The notes: generated by a model from the letters alone, not told the origin. A stretch of 64,000 bases of DNA from Candidatus Nomurabacteria bacterium (GCA_023898565.1 CP060228.1:840930-904929); one strand, 5' to 3'. Shown: positions 26,584-36,911, numbered from the stretch's first letter. Translations and numbers: made by a program.

Positions 26584-27609
26584 ATGATTTCATTTAAACC
26601 GAAACAAATTAGTAAGACCTTGCTAGAGGTTCTTCCTGAACGTGCCCGTGACGTGCTTGAAAAGCGCTACGGCCTTGGTAAAGACGGTGAAACTTTCACT
26701 CTTGAAGCCATTGGTCAGTCGTACGGGATTACTCGTGAGCGTGTACGCCAAATTGAGAACTACGGCATTCAGTCAATCCAGAAGTCCGATGCTTATAAGA
26801 AGCATTATGAGCTGTTTATTGAACTCCAAAAGCTCATCGATCAGCTCGGCGGCGGTCTCATTGCCGAACACGTGCTTCTTGATGAACTCTCAAGCGACCC
26901 AGCCACTCGCAATCATCTGTACTTCCTTTTGGTGGTAGGCGATCCATTCTACAAGAGTAAGGAAAATCCACAGTACGCCCATCGTTGGTTTACTGAGCGG
27001 AAAATTGCTGACAACGTAGAGAAGGCACTGCAAGCAGTCTATAAGAGCCTCAACCGTGACGAGCTCGTGAGCGAACACGAAATTGTTAACCGCTTTCGCA
27101 CAGAACTAGCAGAAATCGCTGCCGACCACAATGAAGAAGTGCTTAAACGCTGGCTCTCAATCTCAAAGCAGATTGGCCGCAATCCACTTGGCGACTGGGG
27201 TCCAGCGGATAGCCCAAATATTCGCGTAAAAGGAATCCGAGACTACGCGTACCTTGCGGTAAAGCGCCATGGCTCACCGATGCATTTCCGTGAAGTTGCA
27301 GAAGCAATTCAAGAACTCTTCGGCCACAAGGCCCATATTGCCACCACTCACAACGAACTCATCAAAGATGCGCGTTTCGTACTCGTAGGTCGCGGTCTTT
27401 ACGCACTTACTGAATGGGGGTACACAGCAGGCGTTGTTAAAGACGTACTCCGTGAGATTCTCGAGGCAGAAGGCCCTCTCTCGCGAGAAGAAATCATCGA
27501 CAAAGTGCGCAAGGAGCGATACGTGAAAGACAACACTATCCTCGTCAATCTTCAAGACACAAACCTCTTTAAGAAGCTCGCTAACGGCACATACACACTC
27601 GCTGAGTAG
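26584..27609 (+). CDS. DNA-binding protein: N-terminal sigma-70 region-4-like HTH plus C-terminal HARE-HTH (RpoE-delta N-terminal-like winged helix)
   Basis: ERARDVLEKRYGLGKDGETFTLEAIGQSYGITRERVRQIE resembles sigma region 4.2. C-terminal ...SPMHFREVAEAIQELFG...FVLVGRGLYALTEWGY is the HARE-HTH hallmark. Confidence 0.55.
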   Translation: MISFKPKQISKTLLEVLPERARDVLEKRYGLGKDGETFTLEAIGQSYGITRERVRQIENYGIQSIQKSDAYKKHYELFIELQKLIDQLGGGLIAEHVLLDELSSDPATRNHLYFLLVVGDPFYKSKENPQYAHRWFTERKIADNVEKALQAVYKSLNRDELVSEHEIVNRFRTELAEIAADHNEEVLKRWLSISKQIGRNPLGDWGPADSPNIRVKGIRDYAYLAVKRHGSPMHFREVAEAIQELFGHKAHIATTHNELIKDARFVLVGRGLYALTEWGYTAGVVKDVLREILEAEGPLSREEIIDKVRKERYVKDNTILVNLQDTNLFKKLANGTYTLAE

Positions 27610-27616
27610 CACACAA

Positions 27617-27660
27617 GAAAAGCAGCTGGCTGGGAAAATCCCAGCCAGCTGCTTTTCTTT
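27617..27660 (+). terminator. Strong intrinsic terminator (18-bp stem)
   Basis: AAAAGCAGCTGGCTGGGA-aaa-TCCCAGCCAGCTGCTTTTCTTT. Confidence 0.8.
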
Positions 27661-27681
27661 GGTGGTACAATATACACATCT

Positions 27682-29016
27682 ATGGGCTCAGCGTTCCGTA
27701 CAATCATTGGCGCCATCATGGTACCGCTATTTTTCTTCGTTGCACTTGGCTTTATGTTTTTCTTCATGTCGAAGATGAACATCAACATCCAACCAATGAT
27801 TTCTATGCTCATTGCGTTTTCACCAATCTGGCTTCCACTAGCTCTTTTCTACATCACCTTTGAAATGTGGATGTGGTCAGTCGGAGAAAAGTTTAAGTTT
27901 GAAAACGGCCGTACCACTTTGCGCATCAGACCGCCACAAGAAGTTTTAAAATCTCCAGAAGCTATGGAGAGTATTCTTAATCAGATTTTCTCACCAAACG
28001 GTCCTGACAACCTCATGCAAACCTACCTCGACGGAAAACGTCCACTCACCTCAAGTCTAGAGATTGTTTCAATCGGCGGTGAAGTGCGTTTTTACATGAA
28101 TGTACCCACTAAGAAGATCAAAAATGCACTGGAAACTCAACTATACGCCCAATATCCTGGCATTGAAGTAGTTGAAGAGCCGATTGATTACACTGCTGAG
28201 GTGGTCTGGAACCAAAAGCAGTGGGATATGATGGCCTTCCACATCTGCAAAAAAACTATGGCACGAGATGACGATGTTTTGCCGATTAAAACCTACATCG
28301 ATTACAAGCTGGACCTGCAGCCGAAAGAGGAGCTGAAGTTTGAGCCAATGTCACCGCTTATTGAACACCTTGGCAACGTCAAGCCACACGAACGGATTTG
28401 GATTCAAATTCTCATGACACCACACGTCAAAAAGAGTTTTAAAACTGGATCGTTAAGTAAGTCGGGCACCTGGGAAGCTGCTGCAAAGAAAAAAATTGAC
28501 AATATGCTTGGCAGAGATAAAGGAGCGATGGAAGAAACCGAAAATCGACCAGCTCTAACCTACGGTGAGCGAGAAACAATCTCTGCTATCGAACGCAATG
28601 TCAGTAAGTACGGGTACAACACTGCTATTAGAGCTCTCTACATTACCCAAGCAGGAAAATTTGACGGCGATATGATTGGCCCGATGCTTCGTAGCTTTGC
28701 ACAGTATGACATGATTGGTCGCGCCAGCGTTGGCCCAATGTGGCGCACTGATTTTGACTATAATTTCTTTCAGGACTTCACTGGTTCGCGCAAAATCGCT
28801 CTTAAACAACGCGAGCTTGAGCTCTATAAACACCGCTCGTACTATGACGGTGACCAAAAAAATCACATCGATCGAGAGCGTGTCATGTCAACTGAAGAAA
28901 TCGCAACCATGTACCATATTCCTGGCACATCCATCGTTACTCCAGGTCTTTCACGTGTAGAAAACGCACGTCGTGAAGCTCCTTCAAATTTGCCAATCGG
29001 CACGTACAGTCTGTAG
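27682..29016 (+). CDS. Hypothetical membrane-anchored protein (2 N-terminal TM, about 370-aa soluble domain), unknown family
   Basis: Hydrophobic N-terminus; no Walker or other recognisable motifs. Confidence 0.45.
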   Translation: MGSAFRTIIGAIMVPLFFFVALGFMFFFMSKMNINIQPMISMLIAFSPIWLPLALFYITFEMWMWSVGEKFKFENGRTTLRIRPPQEVLKSPEAMESILNQIFSPNGPDNLMQTYLDGKRPLTSSLEIVSIGGEVRFYMNVPTKKIKNALETQLYAQYPGIEVVEEPIDYTAEVVWNQKQWDMMAFHICKKTMARDDDVLPIKTYIDYKLDLQPKEELKFEPMSPLIEHLGNVKPHERIWIQILMTPHVKKSFKTGSLSKSGTWEAAAKKKIDNMLGRDKGAMEETENRPALTYGERETISAIERNVSKYGYNTAIRALYITQAGKFDGDMIGPMLRSFAQYDMIGRASVGPMWRTDFDYNFFQDFTGSRKIALKQRELELYKHRSYYDGDQKNHIDRERVMSTEEIATMYHIPGTSIVTPGLSRVENARREAPSNLPIGTYSL

Positions 29017-29022
29017 AATTCT

Positions 29023-30057
29023 ATGAACAACATTCCTGAAGCAGAGCAATTTACGCCACACAGCATAACCAAAGAGACACTACCTAGACGAAATACTATC
29101 AGGAAACTGATGCGACTTGGTATGTATTTCGTGTTTTTTGCTTTTCTTTTGGCACTTTTTGCCGCACATGAAGCAGCAACTCTCAACCAGCCAGACGAGT
29201 TATTCCCGCTCAATCAACCAATTACCATTTCGGAAGGAATGTCAGTGAAAGATATTGCAACGATTCTTGAGAGCGAAAATATTATTCGTTCAAGCTCACT
29301 ACTGTATTACGTTATCGTTTTTTTTCATGACCCAACCGCCATCAAAGCCAGTACCTATATCTTCGAAGAACCTCTCAAGACAACAGAAATTGCGAAGCGC
29401 TTGACTGAAGGGGATTTTGACACTGACCTTATTCGCTTCACACATTTCGAAGGAGAGCGTGCAACAAAAATAGCAAAGAATGCAGCGAAGCTCCTGCCTG
29501 ACTTTAACGAGGCGAGCTTTATTGAAATTGCTGAACCCTACGAAGGCAGACTCTATCCAGACACGTACCTAATTCCCGCAACGTACACTGATACTGACTT
29601 ATTTGCCTTACTACAAAACACCTTCGACGAACGAGTTTTACCGATCATCACAGAAGCCAGCAGCACGTTCTCCACTGACGACATTCTAACTCTCGCGTCG
29701 ATCATTGAACGCGAAGCCAATACTCCCGAGTCTATGCGCTTAGTTTCTAGCGTGCTGCAAAACCGTCTGGAGATTGGCATGGCCCTACAGGCTGATGCTT
29801 CAATTGAATACATTCTAGACAAACCACTCGCGGAGCTGACTCCGGAAGACCTAGACATAGATAGTCCGTACAATACGTATCTATACCCGGGACTACCTCC
29901 GACTCCGATAGGCAACCCCGGACTTGATGCAATCATGGCAGTGCTTGAACCAGCAAAGAGCGACTACTTTTATTACATCACTGACGAAGAAGGTGAGTTC
30001 CATTACGCGAGAACCTACCAAGAACACCTGCAAAATATTGAGGCGTACTTACGCTAA
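29023..30057 (+). CDS. mltG: Endolytic murein transglycosylase MltG (YceG family)
   Basis: N-terminal TM and the conserved YNTYLYPGLPPTPIGNPG block. Confidence 0.85.
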   Translation: MNNIPEAEQFTPHSITKETLPRRNTIRKLMRLGMYFVFFAFLLALFAAHEAATLNQPDELFPLNQPITISEGMSVKDIATILESENIIRSSSLLYYVIVFFHDPTAIKASTYIFEEPLKTTEIAKRLTEGDFDTDLIRFTHFEGERATKIAKNAAKLLPDFNEASFIEIAEPYEGRLYPDTYLIPATYTDTDLFALLQNTFDERVLPIITEASSTFSTDDILTLASIIEREANTPESMRLVSSVLQNRLEIGMALQADASIEYILDKPLAELTPEDLDIDSPYNTYLYPGLPPTPIGNPGLDAIMAVLEPAKSDYFYYITDEEGEFHYARTYQEHLQNIEAYLR

Positions 30058-30084
30058 GCTGTTTGATGTGATAGCGTACAGAAT

Positions 30085-31146
30085 ATGAAGAAAATGAAGA
30101 CAGTGTTTGTTGGACTTTCGGGCGGCGTGGACTCATCCGTGGCTGCTTTGCGATTGCAACGAGCTGGATACAATGTGGTCGGGGTGTTTATCAAGGTTTG
30201 GCATCCCGACTTTATGGTTTGCAACTGGGAGCAAGAACGGCTCGACGCCATGCGAGTGGCGGCACACCTGAATATTCCGTTTCTCACCTGCGATGCTGAA
30301 GCGGCCTATCGCGATGAAGTAGCTCAGTACTTCATCGAATCATACAAAGCTGGGCGGACGCCAAATCCCGATGTAATGTGTAATCAGCACGTGAAGTTCG
30401 GCGCCTTTTTGCGCTTTGCGCAGCAAAAAGGCGCCGACTTCATCGCCACCGGACACTACGCCAGACGCACAGATGGTGCGAAGGGACCAGAGATGCATCG
30501 TGGGGTTGACACAAATAAGGACCAAACGTATTTTCTCTGGACTCTTACACAAGAACAGCTTGAAATGACATTGTTTCCAGTCGGCGACACACCCAAGAAA
30601 CAAATTCGCCAGGAGGCGACAATAGCAGGCCTTCCGGTTGCCGAAAAAAAAGACAGTCAGGGTATCTGCTTCCTTGGACATGTAGATATTCCTGAGTTCC
30701 TCTCACACTATGTCAACTTAGTGCCTGGAGATGTTTTGAACGAAAACGGAGAGATGATTGGCACCCATCAAGGCGCGCTTGTATATACACTCGGACAGCG
30801 CCACGGCTTTACCATCACCACCCATAACACTGAGCGTCAGGCGATGTTCGTAACCGCAAAAGATATAGATGCAAATACCGTCACGGTGAGTAGTACTCAA
30901 CCAGAAACCACAGCAGACACCGCCATGACACTCGAAAACCCAATACTACGCACAACCGTGAGTGTAGGCGATACCGTTGAAGCACAGTTTAGATATCGTC
31001 AGACACCATGTACCGTCACTGTCGTAGAAGTTTCAGTCAATAAAATCATCATTGTTCCAGTGTCGCCAACCGCCAAACCAGCAGTTGGGCAATCCTGTGT
31101 ACTGTACCTAGGGTCACACTGCATCGGAGGTGGTATGATTGCGTAA
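30085..31146 (+). CDS. mnmA: tRNA-specific 2-thiouridylase MnmA
   Basis: PP-loop VFVGLSGGVDSSVAA, catalytic Cys region and overall MnmA length. Confidence 0.85.
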   Translation: MKKMKTVFVGLSGGVDSSVAALRLQRAGYNVVGVFIKVWHPDFMVCNWEQERLDAMRVAAHLNIPFLTCDAEAAYRDEVAQYFIESYKAGRTPNPDVMCNQHVKFGAFLRFAQQKGADFIATGHYARRTDGAKGPEMHRGVDTNKDQTYFLWTLTQEQLEMTLFPVGDTPKKQIRQEATIAGLPVAEKKDSQGICFLGHVDIPEFLSHYVNLVPGDVLNENGEMIGTHQGALVYTLGQRHGFTITTHNTERQAMFVTAKDIDANTVTVSSTQPETTADTAMTLENPILRTTVSVGDTVEAQFRYRQTPCTVTVVEVSVNKIIIVPVSPTAKPAVGQSCVLYLGSHCIGGGMIA

Positions 31147-31197
31147 ACAGCGTACAAGCGCACCGCGCTATACGCGGATGTTTATTTTTGTTTTTTC

Positions 31198-32031
31198 ATG
31201 CCAACCCTTATCACAAAAGCTGACGGCACTTCTGAATATTTTAAAGTTGAGAAACTGCGACGATCCCTGAGACGGGCTGGCGCTGACCCTAAAGAGATAC
31301 ACGAAATCATCAGTGAAGTAGACAAAACCATCTACGAAGGCATTCGAACACAGGAAATCTACCGCTTTGCCTTTGACCTACTCCGCACAAGCAGACCACC
31401 TGCAGCAGCCCGTTATTCACTACGTCGCGCATTATTTAACCTTGGGCCAACTGGCTTTCCGTTTGAGCGTTTTTTGGCTCGTCTGTTTGCGCAGCAGGGT
31501 TACAAAACTGAAACAGGTATTACTATACGAGGCAAGTGTGCACCACACGAAATTGATGTAGCAGCGTACAAAAGTAACCACAGCTTTGTAGCAGAAGCTA
31601 AATTTCATTCTCGGCCTGGGGTAAAATCTGATTTGCAAGTTGCAATGTACTCATACGCACGCTTGCTGGACCTGCGCGGACAACAAGTCTGCACCGAAGA
31701 CATTTGCAGCATTCAAGAGTTTTGGCTCATTACTAACACAAAATTTACCACAACGGCTCAAGAGTACGGCGAATGTGTTGGACTCAACATGCTAAGTTGG
31801 GACTATCCAAAGCACGACAACCTGCACGATCGAATTCAACGCGCAGGTCTTTATCCAATCACTGTTCTGCAAGGCCTATCAGCCTCACAGGCCGAAACTC
31901 TTATAGCGAAAGACATTATTGTTTGTCGAGACTTGCTTGACAATGAACAAATGCTACGTCACCTCCGTATCTCAAAACGTAAACATGAGTCATTAATACA
32001 TGAAGCTCGCTTGCTTTGTGGTGAAAAATAA
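31198..32031 (+). CDS. ATP-cone domain fused to a restriction-endonuclease-like (Mrr_cat / PD-(D/E)xK) nuclease domain
   Basis: N-terminal LITKADGTSEYFKVEKLRRSL... fits the ATP-cone. The core FERFLARLFAQQGYK...EIDVAAYK...FVAEAKF fits the Mrr catalytic fold (D...E.K). Confidence 0.55.
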   Translation: MPTLITKADGTSEYFKVEKLRRSLRRAGADPKEIHEIISEVDKTIYEGIRTQEIYRFAFDLLRTSRPPAAARYSLRRALFNLGPTGFPFERFLARLFAQQGYKTETGITIRGKCAPHEIDVAAYKSNHSFVAEAKFHSRPGVKSDLQVAMYSYARLLDLRGQQVCTEDICSIQEFWLITNTKFTTTAQEYGECVGLNMLSWDYPKHDNLHDRIQRAGLYPITVLQGLSASQAETLIAKDIIVCRDLLDNEQMLRHLRISKRKHESLIHEARLLCGEK

Positions 32032-32122
32032 CGATAAAACTGCACGAATCTGTCAATGTTTTGCCACATCATGCCTGTGCTATACTCACGGCATTACTTA
32101 GTCAGCAAATCATTTTTTCTAT

Positions 32123-32656
32123 ATGGCAGCAGAAGAACAGCAAGACGGACAGAAGACCCTCGTGGCCTTTATTGTCGGACTTCTTATCGGCGGAATGTTA
32201 GTGTGGGCATTTTCTGGCCCAAGCGCGGCAGCTCCAACCACTGATAACGAGATCGTAACAACGGAGGAAGCGAGCGACGCTAGTGATGAAACAGCGCACT
32301 CAACCGAAACCGAAGCAGAAATAGCCATACCAACACTCGTGGTTGGAGAAGGTTCTGTTGAAGTGAAGGATCAAGCAGCAAGCGCAACCATAGCGCTTGA
32401 AAGTGCCGTGTATCCAGTAAGTGAAGGCTGGATCGGTGTACGTGAGTACAACGGTGATCAGCTTGGCTATATTCTTGGTGTTGTGCGCTTCAGCGAATCA
32501 CAAGGACTCGTGCCAGACGAAATTGTATTACAACGTGCAACCACTGCTGGCAACCGCTACGCAATTGTGATCTTTACGGAAGACGGAGATTTTGACTTCA
32601 ATCTCTCAGGTGACGTGCAAATCGACCAAATTTTCGACACCTTTGTTGCTCAATAA
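32123..32656 (+). CDS. Membrane-anchored extracytoplasmic protein, acidic, unknown function
   Basis: One N-terminal TM (LVAFIVGLLIGGMLVWAF), then an acidic Thr/Glu-rich linker and a beta-rich domain. Confidence 0.4.
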   Translation: MAAEEQQDGQKTLVAFIVGLLIGGMLVWAFSGPSAAAPTTDNEIVTTEEASDASDETAHSTETEAEIAIPTLVVGEGSVEVKDQAASATIALESAVYPVSEGWIGVREYNGDQLGYILGVVRFSESQGLVPDEIVLQRATTAGNRYAIVIFTEDGDFDFNLSGDVQIDQIFDTFVAQ

Positions 32657-32668
32657 GCTTGCATAGCA

Positions 32669-32712
32669 GGCACGAAAAAACTGGCCCTTAAAGGGCCAGT
32701 TTTTTCGTGCCT
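32669..32712. terminator. Bidirectional terminator, ~19-bp palindrome
   Basis: GGCACGAAAAAACTGGCCC-ttaaa-GGGCCAGTTTTTTCGTGCC. Confidence 0.75.
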
Positions 32713-32735
32713 CCCCTAAATGGTATACTGCATCC

Positions 32736-33521
32736 ATGGCTGAATACGTAAAAAAATACAACCCAAACCGACATGCCGACTGGAACTACGGCGGAGCAAA
32801 ATGGAAGCTCTCTCGCTCCAAAATTGACTTTTTCTTTGAGTGTCCGCGTTGCTTTTATCTTGATAATGTTCTTGGCACAAAGCGTCCAGGCTTTCCATCT
32901 TTTAACCTTAACATCGCCGTAGACGAACTCTTTAAAAAAGAATTCGATGTACACCGTGCCGCCAAAACCAAGCATCCTATTTTTGAGAAATACAATCTCG
33001 ACGCACTACCATTTGAGCACAAGAGCATGGACGAGTGGCGCGATCCGTTTGTTGGCATCATGCACACACACGAGCCAACTGGCCTCATAGTAAGTGGAGG
33101 AGTCGACGATATTTGGGTTACGTCAGAAGGCAAGCTTATTATTGCTGACTACAAATCAACCTCCAAAGAAGGAAAGATTGAAAAACTGGGCGACTCACCT
33201 TGGGAACAGCAGTACACTCGCCAGCTTGGCGTCTACCGTTGGCTCCTAGAGCAGAATGGTTTTGAGGTAGAGAAAACTGGCTACCTGGTGTACGCCAACG
33301 CCAGCAAAGACGAACCTGGCTTTGACGACAAACTTGTATTTGATACCACGCTCGTACCAGTGACAACTGACATCTCATGGATTGAGCCAGCCCTAATGGA
33401 TATCAAGGCCTGCTTGGACCGTAAGGACTTACCGCCAACCGGCCCGAGCTGCGAATTCTGCCCCTACCGTGAAGCTTCTGGGAAGAAACTCCAAGCGATT
33501 CATTTCGCAAATAAAAAGTAA
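32736..33521 (+). CDS. Cas4/RecB-like PD-(D/E)xK nuclease with a four-Cys (Fe-S type) arrangement; standalone, no CRISPR
   Basis: N-terminal CPRC, core GGVDDIW...EGKLIIADYKST (D, E, K), the QhxxY motif QQYTRQLGVYRW, and C-terminal C...CEFCPY. Confidence 0.6.
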   Translation: MAEYVKKYNPNRHADWNYGGAKWKLSRSKIDFFFECPRCFYLDNVLGTKRPGFPSFNLNIAVDELFKKEFDVHRAAKTKHPIFEKYNLDALPFEHKSMDEWRDPFVGIMHTHEPTGLIVSGGVDDIWVTSEGKLIIADYKSTSKEGKIEKLGDSPWEQQYTRQLGVYRWLLEQNGFEVEKTGYLVYANASKDEPGFDDKLVFDTTLVPVTTDISWIEPALMDIKACLDRKDLPPTGPSCEFCPYREASGKKLQAIHFANKK

Positions 33522-33574
33522 TTGACACCAGATATTTATGTTGTAGAATACACAAAAGTTCTTAGGAGAGTCAG

Positions 33575-33910
33575 ATGGAAGCAACCGAAATTGAAACGGT
33601 TAAGTTTGCCTATATTGGCCTACTCTGGTTAAGTCTTTGGATACTCTATGCGCCCAACTGGGGAATGTACATTCTTGCAGTACCGCTTGGAGTTTGGGCT
33701 GGCGCAGGATATCCGGACATACTTACACTTAATGAGATAAGGCCTTCTTTCACGCAAATTTTAAGCATTGAGACATGGCCTCTTATTGTGATTATAGCAA
33801 AGCTGTTTGCATGCATCACTGCCAGCTTCATAATCCTACTGGCAACTCTCATATTTCTAATCAAATTATGGAAGCTGCTCTCAAAAGCAGTACTTAAAAG
33901 CACCGGTTGA
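33575..33910 (+). CDS. Small membrane protein (3 TM), unknown
   Basis: RBS GGAGAG before the ATG; preferred over the overlapping minus-strand ORF. Confidence 0.4.
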   Translation: MEATEIETVKFAYIGLLWLSLWILYAPNWGMYILAVPLGVWAGAGYPDILTLNEIRPSFTQILSIETWPLIVIIAKLFACITASFIILLATLIFLIKLWKLLSKAVLKSTG

Positions 33911-33930
33911 AACACCGGTGTTTTCGTTTA
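33896..33930 (+). terminator. Intrinsic terminator
   Basis: CACCGGT-tgaaac-ACCGGTGTTTTCGTTT. Confidence 0.6.
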
Positions 33931-33940
33931 TCATATACAC

Positions 33941-34198
33941 ATGAAATCCTTCACCGAATCAGTACGCGAAGTGGTAAAAAGCATCCCGACCGGAAAGACT
34001 ATGACCTACGCTGAGGTTGCCAAGGCAGCAGGGAATGAGAAAGCCGCCCGGGCAGTGGCCAACATCATGGCGGCCAATTATGACCCCGAGATACCATGCC
34101 ACCGCGTCATTCGCTCTGACGGTGCACTGGGTGGATACAACAGAGGTGGAGAAGAGGCAAAGCGCCGCTTGTTAGCAAGCGAAGGTGTTGTATTATAG
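33941..34198 (+). CDS. Standalone MGMT-family DNA-binding domain protein (Ogt C-terminal-like, active-site PCHRV)
   Basis: MTYAEVAKAAGNEKAARAVANIMAANYDPEIPCHRVIRSDGALGGY. Confidence 0.75.
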   Translation: MKSFTESVREVVKSIPTGKTMTYAEVAKAAGNEKAARAVANIMAANYDPEIPCHRVIRSDGALGGYNRGGEEAKRRLLASEGVVL

Positions 34199-34505
34199 CT
34201 ATATGGATCAAGGCTACGAACGTGACCGCATCAAAGCACAAATGGAGCAACTGCAGCGTGAGCACGAACAGTTGAATTTTACTATCTCACGAGAAAAAAA
34301 TAGCGAGCTTTACGAAGTGGAGAAGTTAAAGCGTGAGTTTAAAAGAAAAATTGAAACAGCCGAAAATAGGCAACGGGAAATACAGCTTGAAATTGCGAAC
34401 AAGAAGATAGAACTAACCAGAATTGAAAACAGACTGCGAGAAGCTGCGGCTCCAAATCAAATCTCCAAAGTCGCAGAAGATCGAGCCCGCAGACGAAGAT
34501 TTTAG
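34185..34505 (+). CDS. Hypothetical coiled-coil protein (106 aa)
   Basis: Charged heptad-rich sequence with an Arg-rich C-terminus. Confidence 0.35.
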   Translation: MLYYSYMDQGYERDRIKAQMEQLQREHEQLNFTISREKNSELYEVEKLKREFKRKIETAENRQREIQLEIANKKIELTRIENRLREAAAPNQISKVAEDRARRRRF

Positions 34506-34516
34506 CAACCACTTGT

Positions 34517-35104
34517 ATGTACACCTACAAAGTCGAACAAGCCATCAAAGCTGCCGCAATCTTACACCAAGACCAACTTCGAAAGGGGCCCGCACAGCTA
34601 CCTTATGTTACTCATCTCGTAGCAACCATGCTTATCCTGCGTGACTACACCAGCGACGAAACCACTCTAGTCGCCGCCCTTCTTCACGACACACTCGAAG
34701 ACACCGACTACACATATGACGAGCTTGTTGATGATTTCGGAGAAGAGGTGGCAAAAATTGTAAAAGTGGTAACTGAGCCAAGAGGGCCAGAGTATAAGCA
34801 CCTCTCTTGGATAGAGATTAAAAAACAATATGCAAATCAACTCAAGCAAGGTCCTCTTGAAGCAGTCATGATTGCCGCTGCTGACAAATCACACAACTTC
34901 CGTACTATGGTCGAAGACTACTATGAAAATCACGATTTATTCCTTCGTGAGTTTGGCACTGATCTAGACGGTCGTCTTGAAGCATATCAGACTATCGCAA
35001 ACGCCATCAACAGCCGACTGTCTGATGGTATAGTACACGAGTTCAATCACACGTTTAAAGAGTTTAAAGAATTCATTTTCAATGTCAAAGAAAGCATCGA
35101 GTAA
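34517..35104 (+). CDS. HD-domain phosphohydrolase, RelA/SpoT-hydrolase-like (small alarmone hydrolase candidate)
   Basis: YVTHLVATMLIL...ALLHDTLEDT matches the SpoT HD motif. Confidence 0.65.
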   Translation: MYTYKVEQAIKAAAILHQDQLRKGPAQLPYVTHLVATMLILRDYTSDETTLVAALLHDTLEDTDYTYDELVDDFGEEVAKIVKVVTEPRGPEYKHLSWIEIKKQYANQLKQGPLEAVMIAAADKSHNFRTMVEDYYENHDLFLREFGTDLDGRLEAYQTIANAINSRLSDGIVHEFNHTFKEFKEFIFNVKESIE

Positions 35105-36903
35105 GAAATTTACCTATACACCAACCAATGAACTTCCACCCCTTAGTACCATCAAGACCGAGTGGGATTTGGCTAGTCATTACTACCAAAGCGAAGATGA
35201 CCCACAAATTGAAAAAGACGCAAAAGCGTACGAAAAAGCCGTAAGGGCCTTTGTTAAAAAGTACCAAACCAGCGACTTTACGAGCAATGAAGAAAAACTC
35301 TTCGCTGCACTCAAAGACAGCGACAAGCTCGAAGAACTAGCAACTGGCAGCAAAATTGTGCGCTACTTCTCATTTAGAGGAGTATTAGACGTGAACGACA
35401 ATGCTGCGAACCGAAAACTTGCCCAGTTTGGTGAACGATTCAGAAAACTTGGTAACGAAATGCTGTTCTTTCCACTGCAAATTGGAAAAATTGACATTGC
35501 GACGCAAAAGAAATACTTACAAAGCGAACTTTTAAGTCCATATCGCTACCTCTTAAAGCAAAACTTTGAGGATGCAAAGCATCATCTTAGCGAAGCCGAG
35601 GAGCGAATTTTGAGCTTACGATCAAACACGTCGAGCGGAATGTGGGCGGATGCGGTTGAAAAAATTATCAGCAACCGCTCGGTAACTTTCAAAAAGGAAA
35701 CTATTCCTGTGCCAGAAGCACTTGAACGCATGGACGCACTTTCTTGGAATGATAAGAACACGCTTTGGAATCTCATTCTGCTAGAAATGAAGCAAATCAG
35801 TGAAGTTGCAGAACATGAACTAACTGCCATTGTTACGCACAGCAAAGTCAGCGATGAACTACGAAAGTACAAAAAACCATATTCTGCTACGGTGCAAGGA
35901 TATGAAAACAATGAAAAAGCGGTTGAGGCACTCGTTGATGCTATTTCTACTAAAGGCTTTGCCCTCAGTAAGAAATTTTACAAACTAAAGGCCAAGCTTC
36001 ATAAGCTTTCTTCTATTCCTTACGCCAATAAGTACGATCCTATTGGTGATTTGAGTCATCCAGATTTTGAAACTGCGGTACGCGCATGTCGCGACACATT
36101 TTACGGACTAGATGAAGAATTCGGAAAAATTTTCGATCGCATGCTCGAGAATGGTCACATTGACGCGTTTCCTAAGAAGGGGAAGCGGGGCGGTGCCTTT
36201 ATGTCGGCAACAATCGGCTTACCAACCTACGTCATGCTCAATCACACCACAGACTTCAAGTCTTTGGAGACTATGGCGCATGAAGTCGGCCATGCTATTC
36301 ATGCAGAATTTAGCAAAGTGCAGCCTGCTATATACGAAGAATTTTCAACTACAACTGCCGAAACTGCCAGCACACTCTTTGAGCAATTGACCATGCGTAA
36401 ATTGCTTGACGTGTTACCCGACGAACAAAAAGTGATCTTCTTGCACAACAAAATCTCTCGTGACATTGCTACCGTGCAGCGACAAATTGCATTTTTCAAT
36501 TTTGAACTTGAGATGCATGAACACATTCGAGCACATGGCCTAGCCACAAAAGAAGAGCTGGCAGCAATGATGAAAAAGCATCTAGAATCGTATCTCGGAG
36601 AGGGTGTAACCGTCACCGAAGATGATGGGTACTCTTACGTGTACATTCCACATATTCGTTACGGCTTTTACGTGTACACCTACTCATACGGACACCTTGT
36701 TAGTAACCTAATGATTAAAAAAGTGACAGCTGATCCAGCCTATCTCGGCAAAATTAAAAAATTCCTGCACGCCGGTGGAAGCGACACCGTCGAAAACATC
36801 TTTAAGTCAATTGGTATCAACACTAATAAAGTTGAAACATTTCTAGAGAGTCTTAAAACCCAAGAAGAGGAAATTAAGGAGCTAGAGAAGCTTACTAAAA
36901 AAC

Positions 36904-36911
<8 letters not shown>
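35082..36911 (+). CDS. pepF: Oligoendopeptidase F (M3B family zinc metallopeptidase)
   Basis: HEXXH motif MAHEVGHAIH; 609-aa length and architecture typical of PepF. Confidence 0.75.
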
